A stretch of 64,000 bases of DNA from a virus. Each line of letters opens with the position of its first letter. Within the stretch, counting starts at the first letter, position 1. Under the pieces are notes generated by a model. It was not told the origin of the DNA. It was given only the letters and a program-made list of their open reading frames with translations, and made no database searches. The position numbers were made by a program, and so were the translations under genes. This document shows, one piece after another, positions 1 through 9,430 of the stretch. The DNA is taken from IMG/VR virus record IMGVR_UViG_3300035661_000054; one strand, given 5' to 3'.

Positions 1-30
1 ATTATTTTTATTAAAAAAGAATTTATTGGA

Positions 31-747
31 TTGTATGACTATGACAATGTTTTAAAGTTAAGTGAATTTTATTATGTTACTAAAAAAAGCTCGTCTTCTG
101 GTGAAAAAGTTAAAGCAGAAAAGTCTTTTGTGTTTTATGAAGTGGATCGTTATGGTGATTTGCTTAAGTATAGTTCACAAAATTCTGATGAAGAATATAT
201 TTTAAACAACTTTTATTACAGTGAAAGTAAAGAATTAACTCACTTTCAAAAATTAGCTCTAAAAGTTAATGGTAAGAATGTAGTTTTCAATTCAAGAATG
301 AAATATTTAAAAAACATTAATGAAATTGAGATTTCTCAAGAAAGATTTGAAGAAGTTTACGCTTGGTATGCGTTACACGAATGTAGTTTAACTGAAAATT
401 ATTCAAGGAATTTTTTTGAAAAAAGGGTTTTAGGTATTATTGCTTCAAAGTTTGTTGATTTTAAGTTAAGTGAAGAATTTAGTAGCTTAAGAGGCTTAAT
501 AAATAATGTTAGGATTTTACCAAGACTTAAAACTAATTATGTTAGTTATTATGAAAAAAATGCGGAATTTTTTGATTTAATCGATGAAATTTCAAGAAAT
601 TTTTGGTTTTTGGTAAAATTAATTGATGAAAGTAGTTGTGTTAACTTTAGGATTTTTAATAATGAAAAATGTTTAGATGTATTAAGTGTTTTAGTTGACG
701 AAGAGCGTAAAGAGTCGTTTGAAAGGGTTGTTCAGTTCTTTAGTTGA
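31..747 (+). CDS. hypothetical protein
   Basis: 238-aa ORF, coding-like composition, no recognisable motif. Confidence 0.4.
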   Translation: MYDYDNVLKLSEFYYVTKKSSSSGEKVKAEKSFVFYEVDRYGDLLKYSSQNSDEEYILNNFYYSESKELTHFQKLALKVNGKNVVFNSRMKYLKNINEIEISQERFEEVYAWYALHECSLTENYSRNFFEKRVLGIIASKFVDFKLSEEFSSLRGLINNVRILPRLKTNYVSYYEKNAEFFDLIDEISRNFWFLVKLIDESSCVNFRIFNNEKCLDVLSVLVDEERKESFERVVQFFS

Positions 748-793
748 CTTGAGGCTTAATTTGTGTTAAATTGTAAGTATTAATTTTAAAAGG

Positions 794-1924
794 GTGGTTT
801 GTATGTCAAAAGGTTTATATACAATTAAAACTGGTGATAATATCGTTGTCAGTAATGGTCTTAAAACAATTAGTTTTTCGGTTGATTTCCCAAAATTTCC
901 TGAAGCGGTAAGACTTATTAATGATGGTGATTTTGATGGGCTTTCTGCTTTAATTAATAAAGCAGATGAAGTTTCAAATATTTTTGGTGGCAGTGGTTAT
1001 GAAATTGATGGTGTTGCTATCACTGAATATGTTTATAATAAAATTTTAGAATTAAAATCATTAGGTATTGGCTATGAGCCTATTTTGAATTTCATGAAGA
1101 ATTTATCTAAAAATCCAAATAAAAAGGCTGCTTCTCATTTGTTTCAATTTTTAGAAAAAGGGAATATGCCTATTACTCCTGATGGTTATTTTTTAGCTTA
1201 TAAAAAGGTTCGTGGTGATTATAAAGATATTTACACTGGAACTATGGATAACAGTGTTGGTGCTGTTGTAAGCATGGAACGTGCTGAGTGTGATGAAGAT
1301 GAAAACAATACCTGTTCAAAAGGATTGCATTTTTGTTCTAAGGAATATTTATCTATTTATGGAAGCTTGGTTGATGATGCTAAAATTATAGTTGTAAAAG
1401 TCAACCCTAAAGATGTGGTTTCAATTCCGCCTGATTATAATCAAGCTAAAGGTAGAGCTTGTTATTATGTTGTTGTAGATGATATTACGGATGAATATGT
1501 TGAATCAGGTATTGAAAATTCATTTTCTTTCCGTGTTGATTATGTGGTTGAGCCTGAAGATTTTGATTATTGTGATGAAGATTGTGGAGCTTGTAATGAA
1601 GATTGTGATGACAATCAAAATAGTAATAAGTATTTATCTGATTTTGATTACGAAGCACATATCCGTGATTTCATTAAAGGGCAAGTAAAAATTAAAGAAC
1701 ATGAAGGGTTTTATTCAAATGTTTTATATATTTTATATGGTGAAAAACACTTAGATTCTACTCTTGATGAAATTAAAGAAGAATTGTTCTTATTTATGGA
1801 TGATTATGATGTTCCATTTATTCTTAACGCTATTAAGTTAATTGTGAAACATGGATTGGTTAAAGATGATAATTACAGTTATTATTTATCTATTTTATCT
1901 GAGTATATTGATAATTTAGAGTAA
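794..1924 (+). CDS. hypothetical protein with acidic Cys/Asp/Glu-rich segment
   Basis: 376-aa ORF; start at ATG 806 (MSKGLYT) after RBS aaagggtgg more likely than 794; internal DYCDEDCGACNEDCDD acidic Cys-rich stretch; no assignable family. Confidence 0.5.
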   Translation: MVCMSKGLYTIKTGDNIVVSNGLKTISFSVDFPKFPEAVRLINDGDFDGLSALINKADEVSNIFGGSGYEIDGVAITEYVYNKILELKSLGIGYEPILNFMKNLSKNPNKKAASHLFQFLEKGNMPITPDGYFLAYKKVRGDYKDIYTGTMDNSVGAVVSMERAECDEDENNTCSKGLHFCSKEYLSIYGSLVDDAKIIVVKVNPKDVVSIPPDYNQAKGRACYYVVVDDITDEYVESGIENSFSFRVDYVVEPEDFDYCDEDCGACNEDCDDNQNSNKYLSDFDYEAHIRDFIKGQVKIKEHEGFYSNVLYILYGEKHLDSTLDEIKEELFLFMDDYDVPFILNAIKLIVKHGLVKDDNYSYYLSILSEYIDNLE

Positions 1925-1930
1925 GTTTGT

Positions 1931-1959
1931 TTGACAGGTGTTGTGTTTTTTGATATAAT
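1931..1959 (+). promoter_or_regulatory. sigma70-type promoter TTGACA-N17-TGaTATAAT upstream of ssb
   Basis: TTGACA 1931-1936, 17-nt spacer, extended -10 TGATATAAT 1951-1959. Confidence 0.6.
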
Positions 1960-2011
1960 TTACACAAGTCAAGTTGATTGATGTTTTTTAATAATGTAAA
2001 GGAAAGTTAAT

Positions 2012-2572
2012 ATGAGTTCAAAAAATAAAGTGATTTTAATTGGTCGTTTGGGTAAAGATCCAGAAGTTCGTTTTACTCAAAATGGTACAGCTATTTGTAA
2101 TTTAACAGTTGCTACTTCGGAGGAGTGGAAGGATAAGCAAACTGGTGAAAAGCAAGAGAAAACTGAATGGCATCAATGTGTTATGTATGGTAAGCTTGGT
2201 GAGATTGCTGGTCAGTATTTAAAAAAAGGTTCTCAAGTTTATTTAGAAGGTAAATTAACTACAAGTAAATATCAGGATTCTAAAACTGGAGAAGATCGTT
2301 ATTCTACCAAGGTTCAATGTGATGAAATGATTATGCTTGGTGGTAATCAAGGTGGTAATCAAGGTGGTAATCAAGGTGGTAATCAAGGTGGTGGTAATCA
2401 AGGTGGTGGTAATCAAGGTGGTGGTAATCAAGGTGGTGGTTATCAACAACAACAAGCTCCTTCTCAGCCACGTAATGCCCAAAATGCTAATAACGGATAC
2501 CAGCAACAAAATAGTGGTTATCAAGGCGGATATTCTAATATGAATGATTTTGATGATGATATTCCGTTCTAA
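2012..2572 (+). CDS. ssb: single-stranded DNA-binding protein (bacterial OB-fold SSB type) with Gly/Asn/Gln-rich linker
   Basis: N-terminal SSB OB-fold sequence ([26 protein letters not shown]..); (GGNQ)n linker; canonical acidic C-terminal tail DDDIPF. Confidence 0.9.
   Translation: MSSKNKVILIGRLGKDPEVRFTQNGTAICNLTVATSEEWKDKQTGEKQEKTEWHQCVMYGKLGEIAGQYLKKGSQVYLEGKLTTSKYQDSKTGEDRYSTKVQCDEMIMLGGNQGGNQGGNQGGNQGGGNQGGGNQGGGNQGGGYQQQQAPSQPRNAQNANNGYQQQNSGYQGGYSNMNDFDDDIPF
2338..2450 (+). repeat. tandem 12/15-nt repeats (ggtggtaatcaa) encoding GGNQ repeats inside ssb
   Basis: about 8 direct tandem copies visible in sequence. Confidence 0.8.
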
Positions 2573-2678
2573 AATGTAATGTTGTGGGTGGTTTTAAAAA
2601 ACCACCCTAAATTGTATTAAAAAATTCTTATATTGTAATTGTTTTTTAATGCAATTTAATATAAGGTGAATTTAAAGT

Positions 2679-3425
2679 ATGTCTAATGTTTATTTTTGTT
2701 CTGACACTCATTTTGGTCATAGAAACATTCATAATTTTAGAAAGCAATTTTCTGATTCTTTTGAGCATGATGATTTTGTTTGCAACTCTATTTTGTCTGT
2801 TGTTAAAAAACGTGACACTTTATGGATTTTAGGTGATGTTTGTTTTGATTTATCTGCTTTTAACTATGTCAAGTTAATTGCAAGCAAGGTAAATCAATTA
2901 ATTATAGTTCCAGGTAATCATGATTTTGAAAAAGCTTGTGCGCCAAAAATTGAAGATTATTTATCTATTCCAAATGTTAAAATAAAGCCAATGACTGTTT
3001 ATAAGGGGTTTTGGGTTACTCATGCTCCTATTTATCCTTCAGAATTGCGTGGTAAGAGAAATATTCATGGTCATACACACTTTGACAATATTAATGATAA
3101 TAATTATTATAATGTATCTATGGAGAATATTAACTATAAACCAATATTATTCCAAGATTTGTTAGACAATATCAATGATTTTAAAAGAATAGATGAGCGA
3201 TTTAAGGCAAATTTTAAAGTAAAAATTAATTCTATTTATTTTGATGCTATTGATTTTTCAGCAAACGGTTTATCATTTAAATATAGTCATCATATTTTTA
3301 ATGTTGGTGATGTTGTTGATGTTTTATTGTGTTTTGGTGAGGAAGAATTATCGAAAAAATGTGAAATTATTAGTATTAAAACGAGCTTCGAACATGGTTA
3401 TCGCTATGGGTGTAAATTTGTTTAA
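2679..3425 (+). CDS. calcineurin-like metallophosphoesterase fused to C-terminal PilZ-like (c-di-GMP binding) domain
   Basis: Phosphoesterase motifs D-x-H (CSDTHFGH), GDxxD (GDVCFD), GNHD, GHTH; C-terminal RIDER..(RxxxR) and DFSANGLSF (D-x-S-x-x-G) PilZ-type motifs. Confidence 0.5.
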   Translation: MSNVYFCSDTHFGHRNIHNFRKQFSDSFEHDDFVCNSILSVVKKRDTLWILGDVCFDLSAFNYVKLIASKVNQLIIVPGNHDFEKACAPKIEDYLSIPNVKIKPMTVYKGFWVTHAPIYPSELRGKRNIHGHTHFDNINDNNYYNVSMENINYKPILFQDLLDNINDFKRIDERFKANFKVKINSIYFDAIDFSANGLSFKYSHHIFNVGDVVDVLLCFGEEELSKKCEIISIKTSFEHGYRYGCKFV

Positions 3426-3439
3426 TTAGAGGTTTACTT

Positions 3440-4453
3440 ATGATTAGGAATGATATAATTGCTGCAATAAAATTTATAGAAGATAATGGTTTGTCTTATA
3501 GTGTTGAAGTATTGTCTGTTTGTTGTGCTTTTTTAGAAGAAAATACTAACTTTGAATTAAAAGATAAAATAAATGTTTGTATTAATAATGGCACTCGATT
3601 GAATGATAATTTCATGAAAATACTTTTTTATAAAACATTTGTTGCTCCATCTGTGGATTTAAATGATGTTCAAGAATCTTTAAATGTTATAGATGAAATG
3701 ATTGAATCTGTAAGTGAAATTCATAAAGAAAATAAAAAAATTAATTCTAATATAGAACAAAAATTAAGTGAAGTTGCTTTAGAAAATCCTGTTCTTCACG
3801 TAGCTATAGCTGAAATCAGGGAGTCGGTTGACTCTTTAATGGTTAACTATTCTTCTGAAATAAAAGCTTTTGAAAGCTTTATTAATAAAGCAAAGAGAAT
3901 TAAATTAAAGTTATCTGAAAGTATTCTAAGTAAGAATATTGATTATTTGACGGGTTTAGGTAATATTGAATATCAAAGATTTATTATGAATGAAATTAAA
4001 AAAGAACTTCATTTAGAAAATAAATATTTTGCTTTAATAACATTGAAAAACTATAAAGATTATGAAGGTAATAAAACTCTTTATTTTTCTGTTATACGTG
4101 AGATAAAGAAAATGCTTGAACCTATTACTCATAAATCTTTTATAACGAGAGTAGATCATAATAAGTTTATGATTAATTTTTGTTCAGGTAATTTTTCTTT
4201 AGTGAGTGATTTTATTACTAAATTAGTCTCAGAACTTGAAAAAAAGAATTTAATCTATAAAGGAAACAATGAAAGAATTAGTAATTTAAAACTTAATGTG
4301 GTTTTTTATGAATTAAGGCAAGAAGATGAGTGTGATATTGTTTTGGATGAAATGTTTAAGCATTCTAATGTTGGTCATCGCTTCTTGAAGAAGTTTAAAA
4401 ATGATACTGTTTTTCTAAGTTTGGATAATACAAGAAGTTTTAGGCGGGTTTGA
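3440..4453 (+). CDS. degenerate (probably catalytically inactive) GGDEF-domain protein
   Basis: C-terminal half shows GGDEF-fold landmarks: DYLTGLGN (DxLTGLxNR-like), ALITLKNYKDYEG (D-x-D-x-FK-like), VDHNKF in place of GG(D/E)EF. Confidence 0.4.
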   Translation: MIRNDIIAAIKFIEDNGLSYSVEVLSVCCAFLEENTNFELKDKINVCINNGTRLNDNFMKILFYKTFVAPSVDLNDVQESLNVIDEMIESVSEIHKENKKINSNIEQKLSEVALENPVLHVAIAEIRESVDSLMVNYSSEIKAFESFINKAKRIKLKLSESILSKNIDYLTGLGNIEYQRFIMNEIKKELHLENKYFALITLKNYKDYEGNKTLYFSVIREIKKMLEPITHKSFITRVDHNKFMINFCSGNFSLVSDFITKLVSELEKKNLIYKGNNERISNLKLNVVFYELRQEDECDIVLDEMFKHSNVGHRFLKKFKNDTVFLSLDNTRSFRRV

Positions 4454-4497
4454 CTTATTAGAGATTTTTTGATATACTTGATATTAAGTTAAGTATA

Positions 4498-4526
4498 TTG
4501 AATTATTAGTAATTGTGTTGTATAAT
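4498..4526 (+). promoter_or_regulatory. candidate sigma70 promoter (TTGAAT-N17-TATAAT) for HDOD gene
   Basis: TTGAAT 4498-4503, TATAAT 4521-4526. Confidence 0.4.
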
Positions 4527-4550
4527 CACACATAATAGAGGTTAAACGTT

Positions 4551-5483
4551 ATGAGTAAAGTGCTTGCAAGTCATGCGATGTATGCTAAAAGAACCATCAT
4601 ACCAAGTGAGGGTTCTTTAAATATTAGTTGGAGGACAGAAGAAATTAAAAAGTCTATAGATTGGATGAATAATAAAAAAGATTTTCAATTCCCAGAAATG
4701 CCAGATGTTATGTTAAAAATATCTAATGAAATTCATGCTAAGTATCCTAACATTAACAATATTATTGCTTTAATTGAATCTAACCCAGTTTTATGTGGTG
4801 AGGTTATTGGTATCTTTTTAAGATTAGGGATTGATACAAATACTCAGAAAGTAATTACAATTGAATATATTATTTATTTAATAGGTTTAGAAAGAACTTA
4901 TGATATTGTAATGTCAGCATCTTTTAAACTAATTCCAATAAAAAATGAGTTTTTTGATAAAATATTGGATCACGTTGTTAATGTTTCTATTGCTTGTGCT
5001 AACATAGCTGGATTCATGAATAATGTTGTGATAGAAGAAGCCTATCTTTTTGGTATGTTTAAAGATAGTGGTTTTTTGCTCTTATCGACTCTTGATGATT
5101 TGAGCTTTAGAAAAGAATGGGAGTGTTCTTTATCGTTCCCAGGTTCTTATTCTAAACATAATAATAATAATAATAGTAATCATGAAATATTAAGTGTTAT
5201 TATGTCAAGAAAGTGGGGTATAGGTAAGACATCTTCTGGAGTTGATATATTGATTGCTATACAAGAACATCATAATGTTGAAGCAATTAATCAAATAAAA
5301 AATGATAAAGTAAGGACACTTATTGCCATTGGAATACTTGCTGAAGTTCTGGTTCTTGAAAATTTGAGTAAGTTTTATAAATCTACTGAAATTTTTACAC
5401 TAAAAGAAGAAATGATAAAGATATTAGATTTGAGTGAAAATATTGTTAATTCTGTCATCAGAAAAATAGTTAACGTAAAGTAA
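4551..5483 (+). CDS. HDOD-domain protein (HD-related output domain, c-di-GMP signalling associated)
   Basis: N-terminal FPEMPDVMLKISNEI...IIALIESNPVLCGEVIGIFLRLG pattern and later HVVNVSIACANIAGFM..EEAYLFGMFKDSGFLLL match the HDOD consensus. Confidence 0.5.
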   Translation: MSKVLASHAMYAKRTIIPSEGSLNISWRTEEIKKSIDWMNNKKDFQFPEMPDVMLKISNEIHAKYPNINNIIALIESNPVLCGEVIGIFLRLGIDTNTQKVITIEYIIYLIGLERTYDIVMSASFKLIPIKNEFFDKILDHVVNVSIACANIAGFMNNVVIEEAYLFGMFKDSGFLLLSTLDDLSFRKEWECSLSFPGSYSKHNNNNNSNHEILSVIMSRKWGIGKTSSGVDILIAIQEHHNVEAINQIKNDKVRTLIAIGILAEVLVLENLSKFYKSTEIFTLKEEMIKILDLSENIVNSVIRKIVNVK

Positions 5484-5500
5484 ACCCATTAAATGGGTTT
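5482..5500. terminator. bidirectional stem-loop terminator between convergent genes
   Basis: aaacccatttaaatgggttt perfect hairpin between 4551-5483(+) and 5499-6341(-). Confidence 0.6.
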
Positions 5501-6341
5501 ACTTAAAAACATGAATTAAATTTTCACTATCTTGTACTGTTTCTCCTAAATTATGAACTATTTTATTTCTTCCATTGTCCTTTGCTATATATAGCAAAGA
5601 ATCAGCTATTGAAAAGAATTCATTAAAATCTTTCTTTTCTTTTATCTCAATTAATCCACCACTTACTGTAACAATACCTGAATTGTTTTTAGCATGTTCT
5701 ATTGAGAGTGATTTGATTCTGTCTTGTAGTTTTTTAGAAAGATTGATAGCATCTTCTATCTTGTTTGTTTTAAATATAGAACAGAATTCCTCTCCGCCTA
5801 ATCTAAAAGAATAATCATTCTCTCTTTTAAATACGCCCAAAATTTCTTTGGCAATTTTTTGTAATACATTATCTCCACTTACATGACCATAAGTATCATT
5901 GTAAAGCTTAAAATTATCTACATCTATTAAAAGCATATTAATAAAATAGTTTTTATTTCTTAAACTGCTTAGAATTTCTTTATAAATAATATCTAAAAAT
6001 CTTCTATTATATAAAAGGGTTAAGTTATCTTTATAAGAAATTTCTTCAAGATTTTTTTGATAAGTAACATCATTTACAATAACTAATTTTTCGTTAGTTA
6101 TATAGTCAAAGTTAATAGAAAATTCATAAATTCTATCTTCAATATTTTCCATTAAATTTTCTTTATCTTTATTTAATTTAAAAAAATCATGTATTTCTCT
6201 TGCTAATAACTGATGACTTTTTGTTTTAAATTTCTTTTTCATTAATTCAATAAATTTTTTGCTATAGGTTGTTATTTCATTGTTTTTATTTAAAACACAG
6301 AACGAAATACTGCTTCCTAATATGCAATTTTTTTCAAACAT
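5499..6341 (-). CDS. PAS-like sensor / GGDEF diguanylate cyclase (active-site GGEEF)
   Basis: LTLLYNRRFLD (DxLTxLxNRR), LLIDVDNFKLYNDTYGHVSGD, RLGGEEF catalytic motif. Confidence 0.75.
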   Translation of the reverse strand: MFEKNCILGSSISFCVLNKNNEITTYSKKFIELMKKKFKTKSHQLLAREIHDFFKLNKDKENLMENIEDRIYEFSINFDYITNEKLVIVNDVTYQKNLEEISYKDNLTLLYNRRFLDIIYKEILSSLRNKNYFINMLLIDVDNFKLYNDTYGHVSGDNVLQKIAKEILGVFKRENDYSFRLGGEEFCSIFKTNKIEDAINLSKKLQDRIKSLSIEHAKNNSGIVTVSGGLIEIKEKKDFNEFFSIADSLLYIAKDNGRNKIVHNLGETVQDSENLIHVFK

Positions 6342-6478
6342 AATTTTACCTCCTCATTCCCTGAATGGAACTTTATATAAGATAATATAGTTAATTATGT
6401 TTGTTATAATGTTAAATGATTAAAAATATTGTTTAATAAAATGATTAATGTAAATTATTTTTCTTTATTTAGATTTTT

Positions 6479-6500
6479 AACCCCCTTAAATAAGGGGGTT
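6479..6500 (-). terminator. rho-independent terminator after htpX
   Basis: aacccccttaaataagggggtt hairpin immediately 3' of the minus-strand stop. Confidence 0.6.
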
Positions 6501-6504
6501 AGAA

Positions 6505-7377
6505 TTAGTTAAAAACATCTTCCAAATGTTTAACTCTTTTCTTTATAGGAGGGTGTGTCGAAAATAAAGATGATAAACCACCATTAATACCGAAAGCTTT
6601 TAATCCAGTTGGTAATTGACTTGCTTCATGCTGCATCTCCAAGGAAAGTAAAGCACTTTTCATAGCTTTAGGTGAAGTAAGTCTTGCACCACCTTCATCG
6701 GCTTTATACTCTCTGTATCTTGAGAAAGCAGAAGTTATAATGGCGGCAAGGAAACCAAGAATAAAATCTAATATAAATACAGTTATCGTGTATCCAATTC
6801 CTTGACCATTTTCATTTTTAAATATTACTTTATCTATAAAATAACCAATTACTCTTGATAAAAATATTACAAAAGTATTCATAACACCTTGTAATAAAGT
6901 CATAGTAACCATATCACCGTTATTAATGTGCGTCATCTCATGTCCTATGACAGATTCTATTTCATCCACATTTAAATGATTTAATAGTCCTGTACTAACT
7001 GCAACCAATGAGTTATTTTTAGAATAACCTGTAGCAAAGGCGTTTATATCAGAAGATTCATATATGGCAATTTCAGGTGTTTTAATATTTAAATCTTTAG
7101 CCATTCTCTCTACAGTTGATTTTAGCCATCTTTCCGCTTCACTTCGTGGGTTTTCAATAACTACAGCACCCGTAGTCCATTTGGCTACTTTTTTGGAAAT
7201 AAGTAACGAAAATATTGATCCAGTAAAGCCAAATATTAGCGCAAAAAAGAATAGATTTTTATAATCAAGACCAGACTTAGTTATGTAGTTTCCTATTCCT
7301 AATAAATTTAAAGAAAGCATACCTATAGCAATAACAGCTATATTTGTTAATAAAAACAATGAAATTCTTTTAAACAT
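6505..7377 (-). CDS. htpX: HtpX-like M48 zinc metalloprotease (membrane)
   Basis: N-terminal TM helices, HEMTHINNGD (HExxH) zinc site, overall M48/HtpX architecture with second TM pair. Confidence 0.8.
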   Translation of the reverse strand: MFKRISLFLLTNIAVIAIGMLSLNLLGIGNYITKSGLDYKNLFFFALIFGFTGSIFSLLISKKVAKWTTGAVVIENPRSEAERWLKSTVERMAKDLNIKTPEIAIYESSDINAFATGYSKNNSLVAVSTGLLNHLNVDEIESVIGHEMTHINNGDMVTMTLLQGVMNTFVIFLSRVIGYFIDKVIFKNENGQGIGYTITVFILDFILGFLAAIITSAFSRYREYKADEGGARLTSPKAMKSALLSLEMQHEASQLPTGLKAFGINGGLSSLFSTHPPIKKRVKHLEDVFN

Positions 7378-7642
7378 ATTTTTCTCCTTTTTTAATTTTT
7401 CCTATGATAACATTATTTTTTAAAAATACAATATTAACTATATGTTTTTTTTAATTAATATTTTTAGTATGGGATTTTTTTGGCATTATTTTTGTTTTTT
7501 TGATTTTATGGTGTTGACTTTTTGACACTTTGCATCTATAATTAATTTAAGTTGGTTAAATAAGCAAAAAAATCAACGAATCTCCAAGTTTTTCTTGGAT
7601 TTTTATTAACAATAAGATGGGTAAAAAAGAAGTTGTTATCAA

Positions 7643-8008
7643 TTGATAAGACTCCATCCGATCATTTTTAATGATTTTCTTAGAGGGTTGAAAATGAATA
7701 TAAAAGCATTTGTTGAAGAAGTTTATGCAAAAGATAATCAAGTTGATTATGCATTTTTTGGGGCTTTTGAAGTTATCAAACAATATGGCAAAAACATGGG
7801 TTATGGTAAAGGCAAAGAAATGGCTAACAAGGTTCAGTTTGTAACTGATTATGGTGTTAGAATTAATTTCTTTAGAGTTCAAAGAAAAGATTTTTGGAAG
7901 TTCTCTGGTACTTATGATGAAGTATTTGCTTTGAATGAAATTGGTGAATCTTTGGGTTATTGTAAAGATAACGAAAAAATTCTTTTAGCTTTAAAAAATA
8001 GTATTTGA
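7643..8008 (+). CDS. hypothetical protein
   Basis: 121-aa ORF with RBS aggggttgaaaATG. Confidence 0.4.
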   Translation: MIRLHPIIFNDFLRGLKMNIKAFVEEVYAKDNQVDYAFFGAFEVIKQYGKNMGYGKGKEMANKVQFVTDYGVRINFFRVQRKDFWKFSGTYDEVFALNEIGESLGYCKDNEKILLALKNSI

Positions 8009-8020
8009 GAGGTATAACAG

Positions 8021-8290
8021 ATGGCTAATAAAAATAAAAAACAAGCAGTTGAAACTAAAACTGTTAAAGCAAAAGGCTCAAAACCAGACTATACACCAAG
8101 AATTGGTCAAGTAGCTGGAATGACGGTAGGTGTTGTTATGGGTCGTCAAGAAAAGGTATTGTTAATGTCTATTCGTAACAAACACAAAAGAGCGGTTATT
8201 TCTCAAATTTATATGAAAGCGGCTGTTAAAAATGTTCAAGAAAAGCGTTTTAACAAACGAAACTTAAAAATTTCTGATTTAGAAGATTAA
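8021..8290 (+). CDS. hypothetical small basic protein
   Basis: 89-aa lysine-rich ORF preceded by gagaggtataacagATG. Confidence 0.35.
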   Translation: MANKNKKQAVETKTVKAKGSKPDYTPRIGQVAGMTVGVVMGRQEKVLLMSIRNKHKRAVISQIYMKAAVKNVQEKRFNKRNLKISDLED

Positions 8291-8349
8291 CTAATGGACT
8301 GGAGAAATCCAGTCTTGATTCTATTTTTATATAATTAAAAGGTGTTTTT

Positions 8350-8967
8350 ATGAAAAAAATTTTAAATATTGGTTTTTTGTGTGTTGGATTAATGAGTGCA
8401 GGTCTTGCTCAAGCTGAACAAAAAGATCTAAATTTGTCTGCTGGGGTTGGTTACAATCCAATTAACGGTTTTGAGTTAAAAGGTAGATATGATATTAATA
8501 ATTATTGGTCTGTACAGGGTTCTTATGGGACTGGGTTTTCTTTAAGTGATTCTGGTAGTTCTAATGGCGATCAATATAACTATGAAGTAAACTTAAAACA
8601 ATCTAATATTGGTGTTGCTTTTCACCCGTTTTCTGGTTCTTTCTATGTTAAAGCTGGATATGTAATCGGTGATTCATACCTAAAAGGAAGAACTCAAAAT
8701 ATTCAGGGTAGTGGTATAGGTGCAGATGTTCGAATTAATTTAGAACAAAGCTTCATGGGTACTATCGGTTGGGTTGGTAGAAGTAAAGGGTTATCATATC
8801 AAGCAGAGGTTGGGTTAATTTCTACAACAGCAAAACTTGATAGTTTTAACACAACTGGTTCAGTCGATCAAGCTGTTATTGATAATGCAAAAGCAGACGT
8901 AGTGAAAGGATTGGCTAATATTAGTTATTTGCCAACAGCTTCTTTAGCAGTTACTTATAATTTCTAA
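8350..8967 (+). CDS. putative outer-membrane beta-barrel protein
   Basis: Signal peptide MKKILNIGFLCVGLMSAGLAQA; alternating amphipathic strands rich in G/Y/S/N; C-terminal ...LAVTYNF ending in aromatic residue typical of OMPs. Confidence 0.5.
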   Translation: MKKILNIGFLCVGLMSAGLAQAEQKDLNLSAGVGYNPINGFELKGRYDINNYWSVQGSYGTGFSLSDSGSSNGDQYNYEVNLKQSNIGVAFHPFSGSFYVKAGYVIGDSYLKGRTQNIQGSGIGADVRINLEQSFMGTIGWVGRSKGLSYQAEVGLISTTAKLDSFNTTGSVDQAVIDNAKADVVKGLANISYLPTASLAVTYNF

Positions 8968-8976
8968 AAACAAAAT

Positions 8977-9009
8977 AAAAGCCACTTTAAAAGTGGCTTT
9001 TTATTTTTT
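8977..9009 (+). terminator. rho-independent terminator
   Basis: aaagccactttaaaagtggcttt hairpin followed by ttattttttc. Confidence 0.7.
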
Positions 9010-9430
9010 CTTCATTTTATATCTTCTTAAATTCAATAAACCCACCCTAAAGGGCGAGTCTGTGTTTCTCCGTAGAACGGGTAACACTATTTTTTAAGTT
9101 AAGATTTAGGGGTAAACCTGAATCTTAACAGGACGAAAGAAGCGTCCACTACTCCTTATCTCCGAGATTAGAGAATTAGGTATACATTTACGAAGGATGT
9201 CGATTGCACCATTCGCATCTGCGTTAATCAATTGATTTACTAAGGATTAAAATAATCCACTCTTTTTATATTTACCCAAGTAAGCACTTTATTTACAAAG
9301 CGCATTACACTTTATTAAAATGTAATTATAATTAACCTTAATCAGATTGTCAACATTTTTAACAATCTTTTATGTACCACTCATCCCCCTCCTAAAAGGA
9401 AGGGGTTTGTGGCGGGATATGGATAAAATT

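Noticed and set aside
1479-1688. 69-aa ORF inside gene 794-1924 in another frame
   Set aside because: Fully nested in a longer, better-supported ORF; low-complexity I/L/K translation typical of AT-rich off-frame reading
2255-2543. ORFs 2255-2524(-) and 2337-2543(+) across the ssb GGNQ repeat
   Set aside because: Artefacts of the tandem 12-nt repeat, which stays open in several frames; ssb frame is validated by OB-fold and DDDIPF tail
3241-3429. 62-aa ORF overlapping 3' end of the MPE-PilZ gene
   Set aside because: Nested, hydrophobic off-frame translation
5575-5814. 79-aa plus-strand ORF inside minus-strand GGDEF gene
   Set aside because: Antisense to a motif-supported gene
7064-7264. 66-aa ORF antisense to htpX
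   Set aside because: Antisense to motif-supported gene
7556-7882. 108-aa minus-strand ORF overlapping 7643-8008
   Set aside because: I/L/F-rich low-complexity translation; overlaps a promoter region and a plus-strand ORF with RBS
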